Part shown: piece after piece, positions 54,104 to 64,000 of the stretch
Numbering within the stretch: position 1 is the first letter of the stretch
Layout of the letters: every line of letters starts with the position of its first letter
Source: Chamaesiphon sp.
GTDB lineage: Bacteria > Cyanobacteriota > Cyanobacteriia > Cyanobacteriales > Chamaesiphonaceae
Reading direction: 5' to 3'
Assembly: GCA_965246715.1 (NCBI GenBank)
Contig: CBDFFH010000036.1
Span: 110,815 to 174,814, forward strand
DNA length: 64,000 bases
The notes under the pieces: model-generated
The model's database searches: none
What the model was told of the DNA's origin: nothing
Seen by the model: only the letters and a program-made list of their open reading frames with translations
Program-made: the position numbers and the translations under genes

Positions 54104-54484
54104 TAACATAGTCTCTGATGTAGACGGAGTTAATAACAAAGGCTGAAATTCGTATTAAATAAAGCACCAAATTATCAGGCATAGTTAAGCATATCTATAC
54201 CATTCTCGATCGAGATTAACTTCACGAAAGCATTTGATGGTGCGTTAACGAAGTGTAACGCACCCTACACAAGCTGACGATGATTGCTAATGCGTTGCGG
54301 GTGGGCGATCTTCTGCTCGATCGACTCAAATAATTCGATCGCAATAACTTTCTGAATATTATGCTAATTTACAATAATATCTGGAAAATTTTAATGAGAC
54401 ATCAGGCTTTGGGTCGATATTTTTGGTGGATATCACACCCTGATTCAGGGAATAGTTAAACCCCAATATTGAAGGAAAGTTAAG

Positions 54485-54970
54485 GTGAGACTTACATTTC
54501 GACTACTTGAGAAGGAACATGCGCTAGCAATCTTGAACTGGCGTTACACTTTTCCGTATTATTACTACAATTTTGATGCCAATACTCTTCAAGAGGACTT
54601 GTGCTACGTGCTTGATTCAAAAAACGCCTTTTGGGCGATTTTGAACTTGCAAGAAGAACTCGAAGGATATTGCTCTTTCGGCTCAGACGGTCGAGTACTA
54701 GGTGGAGACTACAGTGATAAATCCCTTGACATTGGTATGGGCATACGACCAGATTTAAGAGGTCAAGGGCGTGGAAAGTATTATGCTCAGGCTGTTGCGG
54801 AATATGGGGCGTATCAATATGAAATGCAGCAGTTGCGCGTAACTATAGCGGGCTTTAACAAGCGGGCACAACGAGTGTGGGAGCAGTTAGGATTTGAGCA
54901 GGTTGAGAAGTTTGTGAAAACTAATAGTGCAGACGAATTTGTGGTTATGGTTAGGCATAGAAGTAGATAG
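54485..54970 (+). CDS. GNAT acetyltransferase
   Basis: GMGIRPDLRGQGRG, FNKRAQRVWEQLGF. Confidence 0.85.
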   Translation: MRLTFRLLEKEHALAILNWRYTFPYYYYNFDANTLQEDLCYVLDSKNAFWAILNLQEELEGYCSFGSDGRVLGGDYSDKSLDIGMGIRPDLRGQGRGKYYAQAVAEYGAYQYEMQQLRVTIAGFNKRAQRVWEQLGFEQVEKFVKTNSADEFVVMVRHRSR

Positions 54971-55036
54971 CTTATGATTACTCATCACCATGATTGAAGT
55001 GCGGGCAGGGTCTAATAATACGAAAGTTGAAAATCC

Positions 55037-55121
55037 GTAGTTGGGTTGAGCTATAGCGAAACCCAACAAACACTCCAATACATTGGAAATGTTGGGTTGA
55101 GCGGGCTTCAACCCAACCTAC
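55037..55121. repeat. REP/REPIN-like inverted repeat
   Basis: GTAGTTGGGTTGAG...AACCCAACA paired with TGTTGGGTT...CAACCCAACCTAC. Confidence 0.6.
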
Positions 55122-55177
55122 GATCGAAAGATTTGTCCGTCAATCACGCACCCTATACAAGCTGAGGATTAGTGCTA

Positions 55178-56614
55178 ATGCTCTGTATCGAAGACCTTGC
55201 CAAGCTGGAATTATTTCAACACCTACCGCCAGAACGACTACATTGGGCGTGCGATCGCGCCCGCAAAGTCGAGCTTGCTGCGGGCGAAATCCTCGTCCAA
55301 GAAGGTACCATCGCACGGAGCGTATTTGTTTTAATCTCCGGTCAGATCGGGATTACCCGCATCAGTGAAGGTATCGACATTCCGATCGGTCAACACAGCG
55401 CACCTGAATTCTTTGGCGAAGCACCGATCCTCACTGACGAACCCGTACCCGTTACCCTACATGCGCTCACACCCTGCCTGACTTACGAAATTGCAGGCGA
55501 TGATTTTCGCACCCTGCTCCACGAATGTCGGGATTTTGAACGGGCTGTATTTCGCGTGATGGCGCGGCGACTGCGCGGGGTCGAATCATTCATTCGCGGT
55601 CGCGAGAAGATGGCAGCTTTGGGCACCCTCTCCGCTGGGTTAGCCCATGAATTAAACAATCCCGCCGCCGCTGTCGTCCATGCCTTAAAGGATGTCATTC
55701 CCGCCTTGAGGGAGCTACAGCGGATGAATATGGTTTACGGACAACGCCAGATCGAAGCAGCGCATACTCAGCAGTGGGAGGGAGTTCGCGATGAGGGTTA
55801 CGATCGGATCTTGCACGATCGCCTAGACTCGACGCTGGTAAGCGATCGCGAAGAACAGTTATTAGAATGGCTGGAAGACTACGGGGTGGATGATGCCTGG
55901 AACCTAGCCGCACCATTAGCGATCGGTGGTGTGACTGTAGAAACTTTAACCACTCTCACCGATCGCTGGCGGAACGATCCGACCGAACTTCGAGACATGG
56001 GCTTGCGGTGGCTGGCACTCTCATTTGATGTGATGTCGATGATCGATAGCGGGTTGCGGGGAGCCGAACGGATTGCGGCACTAGTACGATCGATGAAGTC
56101 ATATTCCTATCTCGATCGTGGGGTACGGCAATTAGTCGATGTCCATCAGGGCATCGAGGACACGCTGCAAATCTTTTCGCATCGGCTCAAGACCGGAATT
56201 GAGGTCGAACGGTGTTACGATCGCTCCCTGCCCCAGATTGAAGCTTATGGCAGCGAACTCAACCAGGTATGGACGAATTTAATTGATAATGCGATCGATG
56301 CAATGGCTGGCAAAGGTCGGCTCAAAATTACGACTACGCGCGATGGTAACTACGTTTGCGTCGCGATCTCAGATTCGGGCACAGGCATTCCACCAGGAAT
56401 TCAATCGCGGATTTTTGAATCTTTCTTTACTACTAAACCCGTGGGACAGGGTACGGGACTGGGTTTAGATATCGTCAGGCGAATTGTCGAAAATCGCCAT
56501 CACGGGACGATCTCGCTCGAATCCAAGCCTGGGTCAACTTGCTTTTTGATTCGCTTACCATTGCCTGTCGTCAGTCGCAATCTAACCGATCCAGCGGAAA
56601 CAGATGAAGTTTGA
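55178..56614 (+). CDS. Cyclic-nucleotide-binding domain sensor histidine kinase
   Basis: cNMP domain (FFGEAP), LAHELNNP, NQVWTNLIDNA, FFTTKPVGQGTGLGL. Confidence 0.9.
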   Translation: MLCIEDLAKLELFQHLPPERLHWACDRARKVELAAGEILVQEGTIARSVFVLISGQIGITRISEGIDIPIGQHSAPEFFGEAPILTDEPVPVTLHALTPCLTYEIAGDDFRTLLHECRDFERAVFRVMARRLRGVESFIRGREKMAALGTLSAGLAHELNNPAAAVVHALKDVIPALRELQRMNMVYGQRQIEAAHTQQWEGVRDEGYDRILHDRLDSTLVSDREEQLLEWLEDYGVDDAWNLAAPLAIGGVTVETLTTLTDRWRNDPTELRDMGLRWLALSFDVMSMIDSGLRGAERIAALVRSMKSYSYLDRGVRQLVDVHQGIEDTLQIFSHRLKTGIEVERCYDRSLPQIEAYGSELNQVWTNLIDNAIDAMAGKGRLKITTTRDGNYVCVAISDSGTGIPPGIQSRIFESFFTTKPVGQGTGLGLDIVRRIVENRHHGTISLESKPGSTCFLIRLPLPVVSRNLTDPAETDEV

Positions 56615-56862
56615 CTATTGAAAACCAGATGACAATAGATTGAAGATTATTACAAATAATATCGAACCTAAAAATTTAATCTCTAGGGTGTTTAAATTAA
56701 ATTTACTCAGCCCGAACGCTTAAAATGAATGGTAATATTAGGTGGATAAATATCCATCCGCTCGCTCATTTTTCCGAGTTTGGAAATTTGTTCATTTAAT
56801 TACACTAAATGGGCGGATCGGACTGAGAGCATTATTTTAAATAAGAGTTCCGCAGCCACAAA

Positions 56863-57342
56863 GTGAACCACATGAATGAGGGTGTCCTTCTGGAGTTCGT
56901 AAATTTGTTCTGCGCTGGTCTGCTGGCTGGCGCGGAGTTTCTTGTCTGCTTTGGGGTGCGCGGAACCATTACCGTTCTGGACGAACAGCCGCAAATTCAG
57001 CTTCGTCAGGCACTCATCCGGCGACTGCGGGTGGCAGTACCCGCTCTGTATGTCCCTACGGCCTTGTCCGCGATTGGCGTAGCGATCGTGGATGCTACTG
57101 GAGAGGGCTTTGGCTGGCGGTGCGCGGGGTTGCTTGCAGTGCTTGTCTGGACTTTGACAACGTTCCTTGGTACCGTCCCGCTCAATACAGACATGCTCAC
57201 CTGGCGACCAGACGCTCCTCCTAAAGATTGGAGATCGATCGTCAGTAAATGGGAGCGGCTCGATATTATTCGGTTCTGGGCGGCAGTCATGACATTTGCG
57301 TTCTTTTTGACAGCAGTGGCACTGAAAATCATCGCTGCATAG
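56863..57342 (+). CDS. DUF1772 / anthrone oxygenase-like membrane protein
   Basis: GLLAG, TVPLN, W...WERLDIIR. Confidence 0.7.
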   Translation: MNHMNEGVLLEFVNLFCAGLLAGAEFLVCFGVRGTITVLDEQPQIQLRQALIRRLRVAVPALYVPTALSAIGVAIVDATGEGFGWRCAGLLAVLVWTLTTFLGTVPLNTDMLTWRPDAPPKDWRSIVSKWERLDIIRFWAAVMTFAFFLTAVALKIIAA

Positions 57343-57404
57343 CGGCTAAATCTGTAATTTCGACCGTTGTTGACGTGCTCCAAACCGTGGCGCAAGATTT
57401 ACAA

Positions 57405-58850
57405 CCCACATTCCGCACTTCAATTTTTACGAAAAGCAATCCATAGCTAAAATCAACCTAGAAGTATATTTGTGACATTTGCAATATCAAAAACTCGCTC
57501 GAATGAGCATGACAATTTTCTAGTCTTTGCCGATCTTTAAAAACTAATTGGTCGGAAATATTTAATAATGGTTGCAACAATGAATCTCTTTAATACATCA
57601 TGATAAAATTCAGTTAGCTAAATAGTATTTTTGACAAGCTTCAGGTAAAAACTCTAAAATTCGGCACCGCTCTTCAGTCAAATTACTAATTCTTTCAATC
57701 TCGTCAAGCTGAAAGTAATGAATTCCTTGAAAACACTGGAATATCCATCTTAGAGTTGGTCGATCTGTTGCTTTATTCAATTGATTTTTTACTGAGGATT
57801 CTCTAGCTTTCAGACTATTCCTGATTTGTCTTTGTCCAATTGTATACACTAAAAGACTTAATCCCATCAGCATCATCATTGTTTCTACTCTTTCGGGATT
57901 TTTGACAAATAGGCTGTCTGCAAAAAACAATGGATCTTTGAGAAATCTAAATCCGCTTTCGCAGGACTGCTGCTGCTTATATACAGTTAATATTTCCGAA
58001 GTTTCTAATTCAGTTTCGCTTAGTATGTTAGTTGCCAGTATAAATTTTCCAGCTTGATTTTTGATGTCATCAACTAGTTCTTTGTTTTCGATCGATCTAC
58101 AGGTAACGGTATGAATTTCTTGTCCTTTTTTGTTGACTTTACTGAAAGTTTCAATCTGAACTATTTGATGATACTTTAACTTAGCTTGAATCTGTTCGAT
58201 TGCTGTCAGTGCTAATGATACCTGCTCAAATTCTAGCTTGATTATTTTGTTGATTTCCTTGCGAGCTTTCTCTGCTTCTTTTTCTAGGCGATCGAGTATT
58301 TTCTTTGATATTTTGTATTTCTTAATTACTGATAAACCAATAATTAAAAAAATATTATTCAGCCCATATTTATATAATTTATCCATCACTCTTCCGAGTT
58401 TGTCATCATTCAATTCCTCTGCTTTGACTCCTGCTCCTAATAAATGTTCTACAGCTTTATCTTTGAAGAAATTTGAAAATAAGTATAATGGTTGTGCAAC
58501 AAATCCCAGCCCATTTAAAATAATTGCTTTAACAACTTCTCCACAATTAATCTTTTCTCTAGAATCTGTCCCTAATAATTCATTTACTTTTTCTACAATT
58601 CCTATTTCATCTATAATTCCAGCTACTATCCCTAAATGATCTAGATTTTTAATCTCAATCTCTTCTAATTTATAATTCATTTGTTGATAAAGTTAATGGG
58701 AGTTTTAACCATAATTTTATCACTAAATCAATGCTTCAATTGTAGTGTTGAGATTGTTCTGATTTCGTCTTTTAATTGCGTATTTACTTGGCGAATGAGT
58801 AATAAATAAGTCTAAGTGTCTGTCGTGAAAATTGAAGTGCGGAATGTGGG
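57405..58850 (-). mobile_element. IS1634-family IS with an internally deleted transposase (57610..58680)
   Basis: IRs CCCACATTCCGCACTTCAATTTT; 6-bp TSD TTACAA; LDHLGIVAG, YKQQQSCESGFRFLKDP; central part missing. Confidence 0.88.
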
Positions 58851-58931
58851 TTACAACAATAATATGGCGATCGCTTTCAGGTCATTCGTGCCGATTCTGA
58901 TGCGGTGGCGCGGATATTAGATGTCGCTCGA

Positions 58932-60236
58932 CTACTTACTCGATACGGGTTGCTTAGTCGCTGCCAGCTTTTCTAGTAAGTCTAACGCGATCGATGGAGA
59001 ATTAAACTTGCTAATTTCCCTTTGCATCTGCTGTGCTTTTTGTTTGTAACTTGGTGAAGCTAAAACACTTTTAACCGCAGCTCGAATTTGTGCCGTAGTT
59101 GGCGTACTGGTTTTAAGATCGATGCCCGTACCCGACCACGCCACTCTGGCACAAATTTCTGGCTTCTCTTCAGTTTGTCCCGCACTCACCATTGGTACGC
59201 CATTTGCTAAGGCAATTTGTACTCCATTAAAACCACCGTTTGTCACCATCACATCAACATGTGGCAGTAGATGAGCATGGGGAATAAAAGATTCGAGCCG
59301 CACATTCGTTGGGATCGGATGGAGTTTGACCGTTTCGATCGGTTGTCCGCCAGTTGTAGCAACTACTAACAGCTCTTCATCGGCTAGCGCCTGAAGGGTT
59401 GGTACTAGCAGATCGCTGGCTTCGATCGCGATCGTGCCTTGAGTCACATGAACGATCGGCTTACCACTGTCGAGATCTGCCCACCAAGTAGGATACGCAA
59501 AGTCTACAGGGGCAGGTGGCAGCACCGTACCGATAAAATGAACTTGGGATGGCAGATCGCTACGGGGATATTCAAATGCTGGAATTGTGCCCTGAAGATA
59601 CAGGAACGGTGACAACGCAGCACTGAAAAAATCTTGTTTTTTGGCAGGTAGTCCCACACTCGATCGTACAGAATCGAGATGAACGGTCACATCTTTCAAT
59701 AAAACATTCTTAGCTAGCCAATTCAAACCCTGAATCTTCAGCCGTCCTAATAGTGAAGGATCTGGCGGCAACCCCAAACCAAAGGGCGCAGTATCTCGAC
59801 TGTAAAAAGGCAAAGCTGACATCCCAAACGCCGCCCAAGGCAATCCAGTTCGTTCGTGCAGCCATGACATCCCCAAGAAAAACACATCGCACAGCAACGC
59901 ATCGGCAGGATATTGTTGCAGAATGTCCGTCAAATCCTCTAACTGTGCTACTGCCCCATCAATAAAACCATGTTTGAGATAGAACTTAAACTGCTCGACC
60001 CCCTTGAGTGAATCCTTTTGAGCAACCCAATCAGCCGGAATTGTCTCTGGACGGGTAAAATCGCTCCCGCGACTAATCGGCACATGATGCGCTCCCATTG
60101 CTTCGACCTTCTCCTTCAGCCCTGCTCCGGTATACCACCAGACTTCATGCCCCCGCTCGACTAACTGCCGTGCGATCGGTAAAGCGGGGTTAACATGTCC
60201 GGCTACCGCGATCGTGCCAATCAGGAATCGTGTCAT
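58932..60236 (-). CDS. GT1 (MGT/UDP) glycosyltransferase
   Basis: GHVNP, VTQGT, VTNGGFNGV...GVPMV. Confidence 0.9.
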   Translation of the reverse strand: MTRFLIGTIAVAGHVNPALPIARQLVERGHEVWWYTGAGLKEKVEAMGAHHVPISRGSDFTRPETIPADWVAQKDSLKGVEQFKFYLKHGFIDGAVAQLEDLTDILQQYPADALLCDVFFLGMSWLHERTGLPWAAFGMSALPFYSRDTAPFGLGLPPDPSLLGRLKIQGLNWLAKNVLLKDVTVHLDSVRSSVGLPAKKQDFFSAALSPFLYLQGTIPAFEYPRSDLPSQVHFIGTVLPPAPVDFAYPTWWADLDSGKPIVHVTQGTIAIEASDLLVPTLQALADEELLVVATTGGQPIETVKLHPIPTNVRLESFIPHAHLLPHVDVMVTNGGFNGVQIALANGVPMVSAGQTEEKPEICARVAWSGTGIDLKTSTPTTAQIRAAVKSVLASPSYKQKAQQMQREISKFNSPSIALDLLEKLAATKQPVSSK

Positions 60237-60247
60237 GATTTTATGAA

Positions 60248-60318
60248 TTAAACGTTTATTCCATAATTATCAAAAAACTAGTTCGATCTGTCAAGTGTGA
60301 TTTAAACGTTTATTCCAT
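60248..60318. promoter_or_regulatory. Duplicated operator, probably bound by TetR
   Basis: TTAAACGTTTATTCCAT at 60248 and 60302 with palindromic core TAAACGTTTA, between divergent genes. Confidence 0.6.
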
Positions 60319-60362
60319 TGTTGGTTAGGATAGAGAAGTCTGTTCGTTCCTTAGTCAAATTC

Positions 60363-61004
60363 ATGGAAAGTGTTAAGAACTTATCGCCACTAACTCGCAG
60401 CCCCCGCGATCCAGAAGCTACCAAGCTGCAAATTCTGGATGCGGCGGAAATTGAGTTTGCCCAGCATGGGTTACACGGCACGCGAGTAGATCCGATCGCC
60501 AAACGAGCAGGGGTATCCCCTCGGATGATTTACTATTATTTCGAGAACAAAGAGGGTTTGTATCAAGCTGTTTTACTGCGTCCGGCAACGTTGCTACACA
60601 GGATTTTTCAGGAACTTGAATTAGAGCAACTGCCATCAGATCGAGCCTTGAGCGCGTTGATTCGAGCCGCAATTGGGTATGAAACCGCTAATCGCGCTAA
60701 AGGAATGCTGCTGTTTCAAGAAGCGATTCAAAATCAAGGCAAGTATTTCACGATCGCCAAGTGGCACGAACCGATCGAGATGTTGGCAAAAATTCTGCAT
60801 CGTGGGGTGGAATCAGGGGTATTTGGCGTGATTGATGTGCAAATGACGACGCTAAATATTATTGGAATTTGTACGTTTTATGCCAATGCCTATGAGAACG
60901 TCAAACACTTAGATCCCGATCGAGATTTTCTCAGCGATGAGGCGATCGAGCAATATACGCAAGCTGCGATTCAACTAGTGATGAGTGGTGTCCGCAGGAA
61001 TTGA
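60363..61004 (+). CDS. TetR family regulator
   Basis: ILDAAEIEFAQHG...IAKRAGVSPRMIYYYFENKEGLY. Confidence 0.9.
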   Translation: MESVKNLSPLTRSPRDPEATKLQILDAAEIEFAQHGLHGTRVDPIAKRAGVSPRMIYYYFENKEGLYQAVLLRPATLLHRIFQELELEQLPSDRALSALIRAAIGYETANRAKGMLLFQEAIQNQGKYFTIAKWHEPIEMLAKILHRGVESGVFGVIDVQMTTLNIIGICTFYANAYENVKHLDPDRDFLSDEAIEQYTQAAIQLVMSGVRRN

Positions 61005-61159
61005 AAGAATACAGTTTGATAATCTGTCCAAATCGATCGGGTTGAAGATTCGGAGCTTTGTTATTCGATCGAGTATTATCAGGTAACATCGATCTAGCAG
61101 ATTCGATAGTAAGTTAATGATACAATAGCTGTATATCTCAACCTGTGAGGTAAAATTCA

Positions 61160-61732
61160 ATGACGATCGTTACTGCGAAATGGAGTCTCCAAGATTATCA
61201 TCAGATGATTGAGACGGGGATACTCGACGAGCGAAAAGTAGAATTAGTCAGAGGGGAAATTATTGAAATGTCGCCAGAAGGTGCCCCTCACTTATCCTAT
61301 TGCAGCGAAATTGGTGAGTATTTACGCAGAATCTTGAGAGATCGAGCTAAAGTCCGTGAAGCTCATCCGATTACATTACCCAATAACTCAGAACCCGAAC
61401 CAGCTCTGGCGTTGGCGAAGCCTCTCTGAAAGAGAATCGTCAGAAATAGTTCTACATTGTATCGCGACCGACACCCCTATCCAGAGGATATATTTTGGTT
61501 GATTGAAATTGCGAATTCTACTCTAGCGAAAGATCTTGGAATGAAGAAAGATCTCTACGCAGATGCGGGAATTGTAGAATACTGGGTCATAAATTTACAA
61601 GCATCAGTATTAGTTGTTTTTCGAGACCTAACGACAACTGGCTATGAATCGACAACCAGTTTTACAAGTGGCACGATTTTCCCTTTAGCTTTTCCAGAAC
61701 TTTCAATTGATATTCAACAGCTACTTGCTTAG
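61160..61732 (+). pseudogene. Uma2 family endonuclease interrupted by a 24-nt insert containing TGA
   Basis: KVELVRGEIIEMSP, SEPEP-LA[insert 61412..61435]IVR, LIEIANS, YADAGIVEYW. Confidence 0.85.
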
Positions 61733-61739
61733 AGCATCA

Positions 61740-61850
61740 AGTTGATGACGATGCCGATGTGCTGCAAGCCGTGGCGCCAGACTTACGACAATAATATGGC
61801 GATCGCTATCGGGTTATCCGTGCTGATTCGGGTGCAGCGGCGATCGGAGT
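61740..61850 (+). pseudogene. 5' fragment of a receiver-domain gene; second copy at 57366..57404 + 58857..58920
   Basis: VDDDADVLQAVA.DLRQ*YGDRYRVIRADSG; the left copy is split by IS1634. Confidence 0.6.
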
Positions 61851-61905
61851 AGGTTCCTCTATTGTCAACACTGCCGCATTCGCAACCGATCCTAAATCCA
61901 TCGAT

Positions 61906-62268
61906 TCAGAAATTTTCCTGGCGACTAGATACCTCTAATTCGGATTGTAACTGCTCGATCGCATCAAGAATCGGCATAAATCGCAACCCAAAATCTGTTA
62001 ATCGATATTCTACATGTGGTGGCACAGCCGGATAGACGATGCGTTCGAGAATACCCAACGTCACCATCCGCCGAAAATAGTAATTTTGCACCTTCGGTGT
62101 GAGTCCTACCAATTCTCTCTCGATCGCACCAGGGTGACAGGTACCATTGCGGATGAGTGCCAAAATTCGCAGCGACCATTTACAACCAAACACAGCCTCC
62201 ACAACTTCAGCAACGTCTGGCATTTTTGCTGAAACTTTTTTAGCTGGGACAGGCTGCAATTCTTTCAT
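61906..62268 (-). CDS. HxlR family regulator
   Basis: GCKWSLRIL, YPAVPPHVEYRLT. Confidence 0.85.
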   Translation of the reverse strand: MKELQPVPAKKVSAKMPDVAEVVEAVFGCKWSLRILALIRNGTCHPGAIERELVGLTPKVQNYYFRRMVTLGILERIVYPAVPPHVEYRLTDFGLRFMPILDAIEQLQSELEVSSRQENF

Positions 62269-62365
62269 AAAAGTACCCTAACTATCAACATTGTGCCTGC
62301 TTGCGGGGATTGGTGCTGTCTCATATTCTAAGGCATGACCAAGCATAGCAATTAAGGAGATAACC

Positions 62366-63124
62366 ATGAGCCTCAAAGATAAAGTTGTATTAGTCACGGG
62401 AGGCGGTAGTGGTATTGGTGCCGATGCTGCTCAGGCTTTCTACCAGGCGGGAGCTAAAATCGTCCTGAATGGACGGCGGCAGGAGATGTTGGCTCAAACG
62501 GCCACTCGGATCGATCCAACAGGTAAAAATGTCATCTATGTCGCAGGTGATATCGGGCAACCCGAAACGAGTCATGCCATTGTGAAGCTCGCAGTAGAAC
62601 GCTTTGGGGGTGTTGACGTGCTGCTCAACAATGCAGGTGTCTTTCAACCGAAACCCTTTCTCGAACACAGCATCAAAGACCTGGACAGTTATTTGAGTTT
62701 GCTCCGAGGCTACTTTATGATGTCTCAAGCAGCGATCGCCCAAATGCTCAACAGAGGTAGTGGCGCGATCGTCAATATTGGCTCGATGTGGTCGTCACAC
62801 GCGATCGCTGCGACTCCATGTAGTGGCTCTTCAACCGCTAAAGGTGGCGTACATGCACTCACTCGCAATCTGGCAATCGAATTTGCACCTCACAAGATTC
62901 GCGTCAATGCGATCGCCCCTGCTGTGGTCGAAACACCTCTATTCGATTCCCTACTCACCCCAGAGCAACTGGCCTCCTTCAATACTTTTCATCCACTAGG
63001 GCGAAATGGGCAGGCTAAAGACATCACAGCCGCAATTTTATTTCTAGCTGATGATGATTTTTCCAGTTGGATTACAGGGGTAGTGTTACCTGTAGATGGC
63101 GGCGTGACAGCAGGGCGCAATTAA
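62366..63124 (+). CDS. SDR family oxidoreductase
   Basis: TGGGSGIG, NNAG, IRVNAIAP; catalytic Tyr replaced (SSTAK). Confidence 0.88.
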   Translation: MSLKDKVVLVTGGGSGIGADAAQAFYQAGAKIVLNGRRQEMLAQTATRIDPTGKNVIYVAGDIGQPETSHAIVKLAVERFGGVDVLLNNAGVFQPKPFLEHSIKDLDSYLSLLRGYFMMSQAAIAQMLNRGSGAIVNIGSMWSSHAIAATPCSGSSTAKGGVHALTRNLAIEFAPHKIRVNAIAPAVVETPLFDSLLTPEQLASFNTFHPLGRNGQAKDITAAILFLADDDFSSWITGVVLPVDGGVTAGRN

Positions 63125-63382
63125 TCGGTTTCCGGCAAAATCACTCTACGGTACAAAAAATGACAAAACAGGCACCGTCGAAGTGATTTGGGCAGGGGCA
63201 GAGATCGATTTGTATGCGGGGGCGGAACGATTGCTACGTTTTCATCTCGATCGCGGAGATCGGGTCGAAGATAGTCTGCCACTACAATGGTCGCATCCAC
63301 AATTTTCGCCCTTTCTCGATCGGATGGGTAATTGGGCGCGGATTAATTAGACTAATAGGCACAGCAATCTAAGAACGGGTAG

Positions 63383-64000
63383 ATGAAAGCAGATTCACAG
63401 TCTCCGCAAGATTTAACGAGTTTTGGTTATGGATTTTTGGGTGTACTGATTTTCAGCCTCACCTTGCCAGCAACGCGAATAGCTTTGACAGGATTCGATC
63501 CAGTTTTTGTCGGTTTGGGTAGAGCGATCGTCGCAGCAGGATTATCATTAGTATTACTGGTCATCACCCGCCAAAAAATACCACCACTGCGATTTCTCCC
63601 CAACTTTGCGATCGTTGTTGCTGGCGTTGTGATTGGGTTTCCATTATTATCGGCGATCGCGATGCACGATGCGGCAGCTTCTCATGGAGCTGTAATTACG
63701 GGGTTAGTGCCACTCTCCACCGCGCTGGGCGGGGTGTGGCGGGCAGGCGAGCGTCCTTCGCTGCGGTTCTGGATCTTCGCAGGCTTGGGCAGCTCATTGG
63801 TGGTTGGCTTCGCGTTATTAACAGGTGGTGGTTCGATTAAATTAGCGGATCTAGCATTGGTGGGAGCGATAGCAGCGGCAGGTTTAGGTTATGCAGAGGG
63901 TGCGGTTTTATCGCGCACATTTGGCTCGTGGCAGGTCATCTGTTGGTCGTTAATTTTATCCACACCAGTGCTATTGCCGATTGTATGGCAACACTTGCCG
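63383..64000 (+). CDS. EamA/DMT family transporter, runs off the window end
   Basis: GFLGVLIFSLTLPATRIA..., GVVIGFPLL, ASHGAVITG. Confidence 0.85.
   Translation, partial: MKADSQSPQDLTSFGYGFLGVLIFSLTLPATRIALTGFDPVFVGLGRAIVAAGLSLVLLVITRQKIPPLRFLPNFAIVVAGVVIGFPLLSAIAMHDAAASHGAVITGLVPLSTALGGVWRAGERPSLRFWIFAGLGSSLVVGFALLTGGGSIKLADLALVGAIAAAGLGYAEGAVLSRTFGSWQVICWSLILSTPVLLPIVWQHLP

Larger units (their letters stand above)
51190..55181 (+). repeat. Five dispersed direct repeats of the GMC gene 3' end (51190, 51710, 52522, 54274, 55162)
   Basis: Core yTGACrATnATTGCTAATGC; copies 2-4 extend to ...ATCGACTsAArTAATTCGATC. Confidence 0.8.

Noticed and set aside
51232..55020. GNAT duplicate as a DGR template/target
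   Set aside because: Ordinary ~400-bp duplication with scattered substitutions and no RT
51190..55181. CRISPR array interpretation of the recurring repeats
   Set aside because: Spacing is 0.5-1.7 kb with genes in between, repeats are degenerate and protein-derived, and no cas genes are present
1..64000. High CGATCG/GCGATCGC frequency as a novel repeat
   Set aside because: Known cyanobacterial HIP1 over-representation; relevant only as the micro-element target

Overview
This is a 64-kb accessory, mobile-element-rich window from a cyanobacterium. The taxon is inferred from very abundant CGATCG/HIP1 GCGATCGC sites and cyanobacterial gene families; a Chamaesiphon-like organism is a guess. From left to right: (i) a stacked orphan RHS/YD-repeat locus whose C-terminal toxin carries an HAE...CxxC deaminase motif, followed by candidate immunity genes; (ii) redox/detox genes broken up by IS4, ISAs1 (one copy inverted) and MITEs; (iii) a 3' tRNA-Thr(GGT) fragment that looks like an att site, followed by decayed plasmid/ICE backbone genes (type IA topoisomerase, recD2) and ISL3; (iv) a stress cluster with three triple-BON proteins, cupin, TspO-like, ferrochelatase-like, ZIP and AI-2E genes; (v) a dense toxin-antitoxin array with MazEF-like pairs, HigBA x2, an IS4-split GIY-YIG gene and four copies of a small-protein/retropepsin-like protease pair, interleaved with repeated 3' fragments of a P-type ATPase gene; (vi) a PLD nuclease-like gene and a Cph1-type phytochrome hybrid kinase; (vii) attC-like sites, IS1, cargo genes separated by repeats of a GMC-oxidoreductase 3' end, IS982, IS1634 and metabolic genes. 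About 20 copies of a 22-24 nt double-hairpin element are inserted at CGAT^CG sites across the window, and filled versus empty paralogous sites are visible within it. Family assignments come from motif recognition only; no searches were run.
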